64,000 bases of DNA from positions 744,001 to 808,000 of the forward strand of contig CDRNVI010000040.1 in the NCBI GenBank assembly GCA_977017575.1, given 5' to 3'. Position 1 is the first letter of the stretch, and each line of letters starts with the position of its first letter. Both the position numbers and the translations under genes were made by a program. The DNA comes from Paramoeba atlantica. Its lineage: Eukaryota > Protista > Discosea. Shown one piece after another: positions 21,710 through 33,900 of the stretch. A model generated the notes under the pieces. The model saw nothing but the letters and a program-made list of their open reading frames with translations, ran no database searches and was not told where the DNA came from.

Positions 21710-24200
21710 TTATGTGCCTCGAAAGTAATAGTCCAGAGCCTTACTGCACATTTCAGTAGACCCATCATCCCTTACAATCACATCAGAGAGGCCTTCATTA
21801 TCTGATATTTCGCTATCAGTCTCTGTTTCGTCTTCCTGTACTCCTGAAACGCCTTTGACCATTAATTTAGATGCCTGCCGTACATCCAAGTAGGAAACTA
21901 TATGGCTGCATTCTTCCGACTCATAACCAAGGCAGCAATACATGGCCAGCTGGGCCGACACTTCTTGCATTCCTAGTTGACTATTCCCAAGCCTATTGCA
22001 GAGCAACGTGTCTGCTGAACTCTCGTGCGATCTTCGGCTTCCGTATTTTTCTTTGTGTTTTGCTGCTTGAACTGCCACAATACAAGTATTGATATCAAGC
22101 AAGTTTTTGGACAAATATTTAAAAAGATAGAAAGTAGTTATCGCTGCAACGCAAGCTGATCCGAGAAAAACAACATTTGTATTGAATCCCAGGAGGCAGG
22201 ACATGATCGAATTGTATTCTGCAGTATTTTTATCCCTTGATGATATCTTAGGCAAGTACAATAGAGGGCGAAAGTCGGGTGACATATAACCAAAGAAAGA
22301 GGGCTCTGTACTTTCAGCACGGGCCGCCATATTTTCTGAAAATGTTTTTGCCACTACTTTTCCTGGTGTAGAAATTGATTGTTCTAACGAATAAAAAGCA
22401 TTCAATGGCGTAACCTGGCGTGGGTATGCATATCGGCATTTTGTTGGCGCTACACCTATATTTTTGAAACATTTCTCCGTATGCACATGCTGTTGCACAG
22501 TTGATGCAACTCGATGCTCTCTGATATCCATTGCTTTCTGATTATCGAATGGCGGGCATGCCTCTAACCCCACTCTTCCCCCGACGCTTCTCGTATCTCC
22601 TTTATCCCACGGCACGGAAACCGTCAACCAATCAGAAACTAATTGGCTTATACTGTTTCTTTCTGATTCCATATGAATCTTTTCGGAAGCATACTCAGCG
22701 AGAGGGATGCCCCATAGAACAATATGCATATGCAAATTTCCTCTACCTTGTGTCTCAACCAAAAAAAAAAAAATCCAAATCATTCCGGATTGCTCCGGAT
22801 GGTCACTGGCAAGACAGACCCTTCACAGACAGATTTGGAAGTTCCGAGGCCGACGTCCTCTACCAGTTTCCGCTTGTCCAAGGCGGCACCAACGTGATGT
22901 TGCCAACTCGCTGCGTCGACGAACTGTACGTCAACACGGCTTACCCAAGAGGTGCAAGCCGGGTAAGGGAGCTGGTTCCCTGAGGGGAGGGTCCGGGACG
23001 GTCCTCCGAGTACTGGGCCTAGTCGGTTATCAGCCCAGCCTCTTAGAGTGAGGCCGCCGGGAATATTGCGATGAGCGGATTTGAACTCGCCGTCTGAGCA
23101 CATCAGGAATGATATGTAGACCTTCGCGATACATCTTTGAGTAGTCGAGCGTTGCAGGGCCGTAAAGCTCCTTACTGATCCCACGACACGGAAACCGTCA
23201 TCCAATCAGAAACTAATTGGCTTATACTGTTTCTTTCTGATTCCATATGAATCTTTTCGGAAGCATACTCAGCGAGAGGGATGCCCCATAGAACAATATG
23301 CATATGCAAATTTCCTCTACCTTGTGTCTCAACCACCCCAAACATTCCCTTCATAATCTTGAAAATTCCAACGGGTATTTCTTCTGAAATAGCACTGACC
23401 GATTGGCCTGATTTTTTAAATCGTTTGTGCGGGACTACACCAAATATCGTGGTAAGTAACGCATCAATAATTAAATGAAATGTTTGCGCTGCATATGCAG
23501 GGTGATCTCGCACTTTTTGTACTCTTTGGTACGCATCGTCAATTAGAAAATCCTCTTGCACGCTTTTTGAAGAGGCGCATAGGTATTTCAGGGTAATTTT
23601 CATATCTGGATCGCATGGGGATACGGTGACGTAGAGTGTCGGATGGCCCATGAACCCATGAATTGCCACCATTTGTTTAAAGCACGCATTCCGAGCTGCG
23701 TCGGAAAATGGAACATCACGAGTTACAATATGCAGGACATTGCATGCTTCCAACAGAAGCTTACGATTTTCCTTTCGTTGAGGGTCCTTCTGTGCCTCCT
23801 TCAACTGCACAATTATATTTTCTTTTTCCAAAAGTTTCTTTGCTTTTTTCCACATATTGGGCTTGACCCTCACACTTCGAGCTAAGGAATGGCGCCTGAT
23901 TTGATCCCAATGTAAGAAACCAAAATTTCCGTTTCTGCACCAACGAGGGTCTTTTTGCAACAACAAATGCTTCAGGCCGCTGTCAGGAGTAAGGGGGCGC
24001 TTTAGGAGATTGGCAGACGCTTCAGAAAGAACTGGAAAAAGATATGGAAACCCCATTCCCAAAATTTTGTCATTCTCGTTAAACTCGTTAGCTGCACTTG
24101 TAAAGTGAATTCTGGCATGGTGCCTTCTTTGGTCATTACCTTTTATGAGGTTTGTTAGTCTTTCGACTATCTCATCCTCAGCATTTCGTTGGGGAGGTTC
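21710..24200 (-). pseudogene. HUH Rep domain of the Helitron, interrupted by a SINE
   Basis: Motif 2 VETQGRGNLHMH appears twice because of the 158-bp TSD. Motif 3 is YLFKYLSK. Confidence 0.9.
22762..23177 (-). mobile_element. SINE-B variant with a 158-bp target-site duplication
   Basis: 22604-22761 is repeated at 23178-23335, with two mismatches seen. Confidence 0.9.
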
Positions 24201-25089
24201 ACATAGTAAAACGTTTTCTACCTCCGGCTTTTCTTCTTCTATTAGCGTTTCGTTTATGAGCTAATAGTGAAGCTGCCACTGAAATGGCATTGTTGACAAC
24301 AGTTGCTTCTTCAAGTATTCTTTTGCTTTCGTTCACCAAATCCTCTATTCTCTGTTCCGATATGTGAATATCTGAGTAGAATACATTGTGTTCTTTAAGA
24401 AAATAAAGCCAAGCTCTTGTAGCGTCAGCCCGAACAGAGAAATATGCCTGTAGGGGAGCATCTGTTTCAGCTTTCCTTTTTGTTTGTTCACCGACAAATG
24501 TCACAAACACCCTCTGTTCAGTAGCTGGAAGAATCTGAGCTATGTCCTGAGGTCCTGTTGAAAACAATGAAATAACATGATTTCGAAATTTTTTCTCAAA
24601 ATTCCGCTCATGACGAATTTCACAGAGCGTCTGGAAATTCAGAATACGGCATATGGCCGATCGTTCGACAACTCCCAATGTTGGCAAACGGAGATCTCTT
24701 AAATTCAGACCAAAGTCCCAGTCGTTCTTAAACGAAAAGTATGGGATGCCTCCTAGTCTAACGCGTTTCCTGCAACGAGAACACGAGCGCAACTCAGTAC
24801 CAAACACCGCCTCCGAATCTATGCAATACACATTTCCACCTATCGAAGACGTGTGTTTTCCTTTTAAGTTTGCATCCATGCTAGCACGAAGCATGTCACG
24901 GTCTTTTACAGGGATTCCTTCCAAAATCTCATGGGAAGGTTCAATAACCCCACACACGCCACACGACGTAGCTTTAAGCTCTGTATTCCTTTGGAAAATA
25001 TGAAAACATTCAGCTTTTTCTTCAGACGTGCAAGGCTTCAATTCCTGCTTCCAATCCTTTGGAAACATTGGTGATCCCTGTAAAAGCCT

Positions 25090-25600
25090 TTTTTTTTTTG
25101 CAATTAATAAGGGGAGAGAAGTATGAATCGCGGCACTGCCTCTATATTTTGACCCAGTAGACGAACCAAGTAGGTCCATTGGGGTGGAATACGAGTTGAA
25201 AACAAGCAATCAAATTAGCAATTCTTTTTCTTTCCACAGATGTACCTTTTTTTTGTAATTAATAGGGTGGAAGAGTATGAGTTCTAACTTTCTATGAATG
25301 TACGGTATCACTTTCTTACTTACTTTCCTACTTACTTTACTTCGCCCTTATCAACTTCGCCCTTATCAACTTCGCCCGCTTCTCTCCCTTATCTCCCCCC
25401 CCCCAAAGAAACCATCCGCGACTTCCCGACTTCACCCGCTTCTTTCCCTCACTCCCCCCCCCCCGAGCATCCATCCGCGCCTTCCAAACTTTGCCTTCCT
25501 CTTTCTCTCACTTCCCCCCAGAGTACCTTTTTTTTTTCTTTTTTTGCACAAAACTAGCAATTTAAGCACCCCTAAGTATATACTACAAACAAGAAACAGT
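25090..25600. repeat. R4 modular non-coding repeat
   Basis: Blocks match 42490-42650, 57860-57935 and 58330-58510. The first ~40 aa of ORF 24199..25209 come from this repeat. Confidence 0.7.
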
Positions 25601-25801
25601 AAAAGTTTTTTTTTTTTTTTGCAAATAATTGGGGGGAATAGTATTGAGTTTAACGTTTTTATCTACTTTTCGAACACTTTCGCTTTTTTTTTTTAATACC
25701 AAACTAAATAAATGAAATCTCTAAACAAAACAAACAAATCATATCTCATAATATAAATATTATGTGCCCCGAAGGGCCATTATATCAATCATCCTAAATT
25801 T

Positions 25802-26191
25802 CTAAACATGCAGTTTCACGTTTTCCAGTGAAGCAGCACCTCTATATTTGCAGCAGGAGCATCTGAACACTCGCCTGCTAGGTAAGAAAAGCACCTTTCT
25901 ATGGGATTTGTTATACGTTGCTAAGAAGGCTCTAATTTGATGAGATTCCCCTTTCTCATGCCGTTGAACGTTCTTTCTCACTACTTCAATATTGCAAACA
26001 TCGCACATGTAAAGTGCAACGTTAACGCTTCCTTCTACTTTCTGAACATCATACATTTCCTCACCATCTTTGCAATGCTTCTCCCGCATGTGCCGCTTCA
26101 TATTTCTTTGCAAACTAAAGCATCCGCAAATATTGCAACGTACTTTTTGACTCTCGTGAGACGACAGGTGGGTATGTCTCTTTTTCGGCAT
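25802..26191 (-). CDS. C2H2 zinc-finger ORF (three finger-like motifs)
   Basis: CNIC...HMREKH, CDVC...HEKGESH, CSCC...LH. Same strand as, and upstream of, the Helitron. Confidence 0.65.
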   Translation of the reverse strand: MPKKRHTHLSSHESQKVRCNICGCFSLQRNMKRHMREKHCKDGEEMYDVQKVEGSVNVALYMCDVCNIEVVRKNVQRHEKGESHQIRAFLATYNKSHRKVLFLPSRRVFRCSCCKYRGAASLENVKLHV

Positions 26192-26559
26192 ACCAGAGGA
26201 ATAAAAAAAAGGTTTGAAATTACTCTAGCACGAAATGCCGCTCGATTACTGTACCTGAACACACTTCAACCTCGTAAACGCCAACTTCACTTTTCATACA
26301 TTGTCAAACCATACAAAATTTCAAATTCCTTTCATGGCAGTCTTCCTCCAAAAGTGGCTTTTTCACTACTAATACAGTAATGATTCAATTTCCTACTTGT
26401 ACCACTATAGTGAAGTGTCTTAGCTCGGGCGGCGGGGTGCGCTAAGCCCCAACACTACTAGCCTAAATCATCAACCAAAGCTTTCAAAGTATGCTAGCAG
26501 TGCCCCTGGCCGGAGTGATTCTCTTTCTCTTTCCTTTATTTCTACCGCCCACCTTTCCA

Positions 26560-28408
26560 CGCCCTTCTTTTTCTACACATCCTCGCTCTGTGTCTCTCCT
26601 GTCCCACCCTCTCTCTGAGAATAGCTCTCTCTGAGAATAGTATGACCCTGCTCGTTTTTTTTTCTCTACATATATACAAAATGCAAACCGTGTTTTTGGT
26701 GGCCAACCTTCCACAACATGGCCAGCTGGCCACCGTTCCACAACATGGCCAGCTGGCCACCCTTACACAAATTGGCCAGCTGGCCACCCTTACACAACAT
26801 GGCCAGCTGGCCACCGTTCCACAACATGGCCAGCTGGCCACTCTTCCACATCATGGCCAGCTGGCCACCCTTACACAACATGGCCAGCTGGCCACCCTTC
26901 CACAACATGGACAGCTGGCCACCCTTCCACAACATGGACAGCTGGCCACCCTTCCACAACATGGACAGCTGGCCACCCTTCCACAACACGGCCAGCTGGC
27001 CACTCTTCCACAACACTCTCCCACCCCCGTGGGACTCACTCAGTGGACTCACTCAACGTGAGTCACTGCCCCACGTGGCAGTGCTCTGACTCTCCCACGT
27101 GCCACTGTAGGTACAGTGCCGATGCAGTCACTACCTTACGTGGCAGTACTCTCACTCTCTCACGTGCTACTGCAGCTGCACTGAATCACTGCAGTCACTG
27201 CCTCACGTGGCATTGCCTCTCACTCTGCCACTGTATCTACACTGCAATCACTGCCTCACGTGGCAGTACACTTACTCTCTCACGTGCCACTGTATCTACA
27301 CTGCAGTCGCTGCCTCACGTGACACTACTCTTACTCTCGCACGTGCCAATGCAGCTGCACTGCGATCACTGCCTCACGTGGCAGTAATCTTACTCCCTCA
27401 CGCGCCACTGTAGCTACACTGCAGTCAATGCCTCACGTGGCACTACTCTTACTCTCGCACGTGCCACTGCAGCTACACTGCATCACTGCCTCACGGGGCA
27501 CTGCTCTCACTCTCTCACGTGCCACTGTAGGTACAGTGCCGATGCAGTCACTGCCTCACGTGGCAGTACTCTCACTCTCTCACGTGCTACTGCAGCTGCA
27601 CTGCATCACTGCAGTCACTGCCTCACGTGGCAGTAATCTTACTCTCTAACGTGCCACTGTAGCTACACTGCAGTCACTGACTCTCTCACATTCCACTGTA
27701 TCTACACTGCATTCACTTCCTCACGTGGCAGTAATCTTACTCTCGCACGTGCCGCTGCAGCTGCGCTGCATCACTGCAGTCACTACCTCACGTGGCACTA
27801 CTCTTACTCTCTCACGTGCCACTGCAGCTACACTGCATCACTGCAGTCACTGCCTCACATGGCAGTGCACTTACTCTCGCACGTGCCACTGCAGTTACAC
27901 TGCATCACTGCAGTCACTACCTCACATGGCAGTGCACTTACTCTGGCACGTGCCACTGCAGCTGCACTGCATCACTGTGCAATCACTGCCTCACGTGGCA
28001 CTGCTCTCACTCTCTCAAGGGCCACTGTAGCTACACACTGTACCACTCGGACCTGCACATTATTTTTCTCTCTATATATATACAAAATGCAAATCGTGTT
28101 TTTGGTGGCCAGCTGGCCACTTTTTTCAAGAAAAAAAATTCTGAAAAAAAAAATCGTTCCGAATTTGTTTTTTTCGCGATTTTGAGCATATAATTTTTTT
28201 TGTTCAAAAATGTCGATGCCGGGAATCGAACCGCGGACATCCAGCGTCAAAATGGAACCCCTTTACCAACTGGACTACTCAAAGGACTCCCCTTAGTCAA
28301 CCAGTTTGTCGTATCGCAGACCTTTGCAGACGCACTTTTTTTTACCAAAAGTGTTCTACAATTTGGGAAATGAGGTCGTTGTAGATGATTTTTCGAGCAT
28401 TAAAGAGT
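26560..28408. repeat. R2 copy with expanded arrays
   Basis: About eleven 27-bp units cagctggccacccttccacaacatggc, then ~1 kb of cacgtg-rich units. Collinear with 7491-8738. Confidence 0.9.
28212..28284 (-). ncRNA. Second copy of the tRNA-like Pol III unit
   Basis: Matches 8540-8612. Confidence 0.55.
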
Positions 28409-28670
28409 TCATCTAATGAGCTACTGCTACGTTTTAAAATTTTGAAAAAACTCGATCTCTCGCTTCTTTGAGGGGCATTTTCAAGTTTTGGAATTAACCT
28501 TAGTAAGCGAGTTAGATACTCCGTATCTCCCTCAATAGTATAGTCACCTAATAGTACCCATAGATAGTTCACCTCAGTTCGTTCTGCCCAAGAATAAAGA
28601 ATGAACTTAAAAACAAATAGCATTCGAAATGTTTTTTTGCTACCTAAATATTATAATCCGAATCCAGGTT

Positions 28671-29229
28671 AAAGTGGACGAGGGAGATCCAAAATCCAAA
28701 AAATCCAAATCATTCCGGATTGCTCCGGATGGTCACTGGCAAGCCAGACCCTTCACAGACAGATTTGGAAGTTCCGAGGCCGACGTCCTCTACCAGTTTC
28801 CGCTTGCCCAAGGCGGCACCAACGTGCTGTTACCAACACGCTGCGTCGACGAACTGTACGTCAACACGGCTTACCCAAGAGGTGTAAGCCGGGTAAGGGA
28901 GCTGGTTCCCCGAGGGGAGGGTCCGGGACGGTCCTCCGAGTACTGGGCCTAGTCGGTTATCAGCCCAGCCTCTTAGAGTGAGGCCGCCGGGAATATTGCG
29001 ATGAGCGGGTTTGAACTCGCCTTCTGAGCACCATGTGCTTCAAACTTTGAATTCTTGCCACTCCGCCACCTCCGCTAAAAACACCTCAGGCAAACCACCA
29101 CAAAAATGAAACGTTATCTCCCGATTTGTAAAGGATTCTGATGGGACAAAAGAATCTTTAACGGGAGATACTGTTGCATTTTTGTGGTGGTTTGCCTGAG
29201 GTGTTTTTAGTATCTCCCTCGTCCACTTT
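28671..29229. mobile_element. MITE M3, with its left TIR interrupted by SINE-B
   Basis: aaagtggacgagggagat|SINE|ctaaaaacacctcaggcaaaccaccacaaaaatg is the reverse complement of 29177-29229. Confidence 0.8.
28689..29074 (-). mobile_element. SINE-B, full length, tRNA-derived head (Ser-TGA-like), (GGATTT)n tail
   Basis: A box tggcggagtgg, loop tttgaa, variable arm gcacatggtgc, B box gagttcaaacc. Confidence 0.88.
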
Positions 29230-29389
29230 TTTTTTTTTGCCAGCGTCTCGAGTATTGGTTGCATCAAGTGCCGCAGAGCTGAAGAAGAGTCAAGGAGAAT
29301 GTTGCAGCCAGGGCACTGGAGATTGCACGGTATGTCGGGGTGTGGGAGATATTTCCTCTTAGGAATCCCCCATCTTCAATCTTCGATAA

Positions 29390-30116
29390 ATTTTAGGCTC
29401 TTCGTTAAACGCGGTGGTTGTTTTCAACTTAGAAGTCACTCATACTGCGGGCTTCGCGTTGAAAACTACCGCCGCGTTCAACGAAGAGCCTAAAAAAAAA
29501 AATTTAGCCTGGAAAACGGAAAGATTATAGCCAAAAATAGCCGAATTTTGGGTAAAAATGGGGTGATTTTCGCATATTTTTGCTCTCAGAGCACTAAATC
29601 CGACATTGCGCGTGGGAAATCACTCGTGGGCAGGAACAAAAGCCTACCGAACGTATTGGGTAGAGAATACGACTCCATACCATTCTTTCGACACAAAAAT
29701 GCCCCTTCAGGTCCGAAAATCACTTTTTCACCTTTTCTAGTCAAAAATGGGTCATTTTGAGGGGCGCACCACGGTTCGAAGAAGGGATACCTTGAGAAAG
29801 CAACTGCGGAGAAAGCTCGTGTAGGTCCCAAACTATCAAAATACAATAGGGGAATCGATTTTGGAAAAATATTTTTTTTGTCATTTTTTTCGCCAAGTTG
29901 AATTTTTTTTCAAAATCTTTTTTCCGAAAAATTCCGAACTTGGCGGACCCGTCCTGCGGATACGCGAGGATCCGTAGTCACCCCCGGGTAGGGTGGTGGA
30001 AAATTCGCGCCAAGACCCCGGCTACCCTTTCTGCGGTTTTTTTTTTAAAAAACTAATTTTTTCGAAAAAATTTGCTCGACCATGACCCCCCCCCTGGACC
30101 CCCCCCCTGGACCCCC
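29390..30116 (+). mobile_element. R1 copy lacking the 3' end
   Basis: Collinear with 16158-16900, then runs into the gcacatt array. Confidence 0.88.
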
Positions 30117-30215
30117 CGCACATTGATAATGCATATTAAGCGGCACATTGATAATGCATATTAAGCGGCACATTGATAATGCATATAGCACATTGATAAT
30201 GCATATAGCACATTG
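30117..30215. repeat. gcacattgataatgcatat 20-25-bp tandem array
   Basis: Also found at 43398-43450 and 51917-52165. Confidence 0.9.
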
Positions 30216-30243
30216 ACCTTCAGAATTTTATTTGACCTCCAGA

Positions 30244-30453
30244 ATGTCAGTTTCCCAACGTAAAACGAAACGCCTAGACACCGAGGCCCGGGAAACTATC
30301 GCAGTGCTCTATAATCAACAAGGCTTCTCCCAAGAAGAAATAGCAGAAAAACTTGGAGTAAGCCAGGCTACTGTGAGCCGGGAGCTCAAGCGAGGCGCAC
30401 GTCTCGGCGAGTACAGTGCAAAGCGTGCGCAAGGGACGAGTGAAAAACCATGA
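30244..30453 (+). pseudogene. IS30-type transposase N-terminal HTH fragment
   Basis: RLDTEARETIAVLYNQQGFSQEEIAEKLGVSQATVSRELKRG...YSAKRAQ fits the IS30/HTH_38 pattern. It is cut by a SINE, and no DDE domain is seen. Confidence 0.7.
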
Positions 30454-30454
30454 A

Positions 30455-30697
30455 TTGTTACCGGTATCAAGCGTGCTTCCGCCCTGGAGAGGTCTTCCTG
30501 AGAAATCGGTGAGCCGATTTGCTTTTTCCATGGCCGGAAATTTAGGCCTATGGTAACGTGAGGGGAGGGTCCGGGACGGTCCTCCGAGTACTGGGCCTAG
30601 TCGGTTCTCAGCCGAGCCTCTTTTGGATGAGGCCGCCAGGAATATTGCGATGAGTGGGTTTGAACTCGCCGTCTGAGCACCATGTGCTTCAAACTTT
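30455..30697 (-). mobile_element. SINE-C: SINE-B head and core with a different 3' body
   Basis: 30560-30697 matches SINE-B. 30455-30560 matches 35860-35968. Confidence 0.8.
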
Positions 30698-30930
30698 GGC
30701 CACATGCTGAGGCACTCGACCGCTTTTCGCGAGCTTGTTCAATGGAATACTAAAGAGAGAACACAAAGTATTTCCCCCAGTGAGGCAAGTTTAACGATCT
30801 AGGTATTACGCTCGAACAAGCTCTTGTTTACTCCCAGGATCGAGAACACTGGCAAAAGCTTTGTGACAATCTCCGACAAAAACTTGAGCCTCTTCCGGAG
30901 TACGAAGTATTACGGTCTTCGAAATCGGGA
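30698..30930 (+). pseudogene. LINE RT-thumb fragment
   Basis: GHMLRHSTAFRELVQW...DLGITLEQALVYSQDREHW. Confidence 0.8.
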
Positions 30931-30980
30931 ACGAAATCGGGCACGGCGAATTAACCTACGCTTCCTCCTCCCGCGAAAGT

Positions 30981-33900
30981 AACCAACCAACCAACCAACC
31001 ATCACTGGGATAATAAATTAATATGTCCCAGTTGAAAGCTTCACAAATTTCTCCTACCCATAAATCACTTTGGCGGTGTCCACAAAACTAACATATTCAC
31101 CAGAATCTTTTCAAAAACATCTTGCAACAACTTCCATGTATCCTAATCATTCGAGGTGGATGGCGTTCCAGTACTTAGTCAAAGAATTGTGATATGAAAT
31201 CGACTTTTCATTTTCAGCACAAACGGTTTACCTAATAAAACATTTTCACGCGAAACAACAGCATACCACCTTATCACACTATCCCTCACCTGTTCAGAAA
31301 ATGCGATCAAGGGGGGTATGAGGGGGGTACCATTTCTTTGGTGTTCGTAATACGTTCTTAGTTCGCGATCTATCGTCTTTCCCCTGACGCTTTTCTGTCT
31401 TTTTGACGCAGTTCTCTCTTTTACTGGGTGTTTTTTGACGTGACCCCTTTGTTTCCAGACTTTCATAGCTTGGCTCATCATTCTCCTGGTATAACTGATT
31501 ACTCCTCTTTCTTTGCGGAGCTCTAAATTTAACCCGATCACTAATAACAATACGTGCTACATGAGGCAACTGTTGATTTGACTCAATGTATTTTAGCCTT
31601 TTTGTGTTGTTGGACTGTACGCGTTCTTGTGATCTTGTGCGTTTCGTTTCCGTTTCTATCTCTGTATGTTTGCCTTTGCTAACTGTCCTACTTTTTGGCA
31701 ATATTTTTACGTGCTCACCATGGGTGCATATTTGGCTAGAGGTTACCGATTTAAGTTTGCGCTGCATTTTGCTGCCATTAGAATCACCATTGGTATGGTT
31801 TTTGCGCTTGTCTTCTGCATGAGGAATCTCGCCGTAGAATCTCAAGGCCTTTTATCCCTTGCTTATTTTACTTGCTTGTTTAGCCACCCAGTCTGCCATA
31901 TAATTATGTGGATTTTCGTTATGCGCTTTAACTTTTACGCAGTAGAAGCGCTTTGTCCCTCTTAGCGAAATATATGTTTCTTGCAATTTCTGAAGTATAG
32001 CGCCTCCCTCAAACGATTTAAATCCTATGAATCTGAACCTATGGATAGCTCCATGAAAGAAATCCCAAACATACTCAGAGTCCGTGTGCAAAATGACATC
32101 TCCATCGTAGGACAATGCGATGAGAAGAGCCTCGTGCGCGGCAAAGGATTCTATTTCTTGAATAGATTGAGAGAATTCATGAGGAGGTTTTAACCCAAGA
32201 GATATAGAGGGCTCGCGGCGGCGTAGGCAGACTACCCCACAGCCTGTGTGAGTTTCATCCTTTTTAACGATTCGTGCTCCATCTGTATAAATGTGTGTTT
32301 CATTTGGCCCGATTGGAAATGGTTGCTGCCCTTCTTCAATGTATTGTAGGGTTTCGTAGCACCCCTTGTTTACCCCCTTTACCAAAAGATTTTCCCATAG
32401 TTTTGAAGTTGTTTTAGTGTACGAGGGCCTGGGTTCAAGCTGATTTTGAAGAATTTCAAGTTTCTTGCACCATTGAGACCGATTTTGACCAAGTTTTAGA
32501 ATCTCATACGTCAGAATGTAACTCTTTTGCACATCTTTCTGATAGCGAGGGCTTGGAACTCTCATCATTCGTTCTCCATAGTACGGCAGTTACGAATGGA
32601 GTAGGGTGACGAATAAGGTGGCCTACTAGCGAGGCACGTTGCAATTGTATCACAGTATTGGGCTTTAGGTCAGTGGGGTAAAGAGAGTCTACTCTGCAAT
32701 GCGCCTCTTTCGAGCACTTGACTCCCAATACGACCCTCCTCATTCTGTTCATTTGGACTTCCACTTCATGTAGCTCTTTCTGATTTAAATTCCAAGTCCC
32801 TGGATTATAGTAGACCACTGATTGAACGAGGGACTTAAAGATGTGTAATTTTCTTTTTGGTGATATAGTAGAACCCCATATGGCTTTGAGTTTGCGCATT
32901 ATTGCACAACCTAATCGTACACGTTCTTGTGAGTTTGAGCTGCGATCCTCCTCGTTCTGAGTGCTACGCAAGTAGCGATAAGATGTAACTTTTGGTATAT
33001 CGCCGAGTGTCGCTACTTGCAGAGGTCTTCCATCATCCTTAACTTTACCTAGTGTCATCCATGCCGTTTTGTTTGGTCCGACATTTATTTTCAAATTAGC
33101 TTTTTCTGCGGAAGTTTTAAGTTTGTGCAACATTGTGCTTAGCTCCTCCTTGGATTCGGAGAAGAGAACTATATCATTCTTCTTCTGTATGGTGTTTTCA
33201 CGTGCGATATGAGATTTTGATAAATACACATGATCGTAGAACTGAGATTTTCAGAAATATCTAAAGCACGTAATGTCTCTTTTATCGCAGCGAATGATAA
33301 TGAAGGAAAGGCTTGTTGAAAGTCGACGAAACAGACGAACACCCCAGCCCCTCGGCGCGATTTTTCCATTATTTCTAAAAACGTTGCCTGAGCGCCAGCT
33401 GTTGAGCGGTTAGGTCGAAATCCGAATTGATTCCCGCGAAGCGAACTTTCCACTGCTGGTTGTATTCTGTCTAAAATGATTCGATTCAAAATCTTCACTA
33501 CATGATTCACAAGACAGATTGGTCTCCAATTTGTGAGTGAGCGCAAGTTACCTTTCTTTGGCAATGGGACCTGCAATATCGATTTCCAAGATTCATCCGC
33601 TTTTCCGGTTTTTCGTACTTCGTTCATTATATCCAGGAGAGCATTACGCAAGTCTTGATCAGCTGAAATAGCACGTAGAGCTTCAACCGGGATATTATCA
33701 TCGCCTGTAGCTTTTCCTGACTTAATCTTTACCATCGCAGCAGTTAGTTCCTCCACTCGAAATTCACCATCATCAATTTTTGCCAGTCGTTTTGGTGCAG
33801 TAGGTAAACTTATTGCTTCATGACCTTTGTAAGCACTACCCCCTACCATGCTGAAATGATTCTTCACTATATTAAGGCTGCTGTTTACCGTAGTTGAAAA

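Larger units (their letters stand above)
18540..25085 (-). mobile_element. Decayed Helitron-like element (RepHel) with a C-terminal Ulp1-type protease
   Basis: In order: CGVCG...CSRC and LPTLGVVE (DUF6570-like); FPYLFP, GHPTLYVTVSP, VETQGRGNLHMH and YLFKYLSK (HUH Rep); GGPGCGQS, LIDEAS, VGDFFQLPPV, TIHKVQGAT and YVALSRV (Pif1 helicase); then HFAL, WFDSL and QDDGTNDC. Multiple frameshifts. Confidence 0.92.

Noticed and set aside
28342-28623. 93-aa ORF next to R2
   Set aside because: It has no recognisable motif and is only partly shared with the other R2 copy, so a coding call is unsupported.
31179-31845. ORFs 31294..31845 and 31179..31550 (and the copies at 50489-51155) as separate genes
   Set aside because: They lie within the L-f 3' region and are best read as the frameshifted basic C-terminal tail and UTR.
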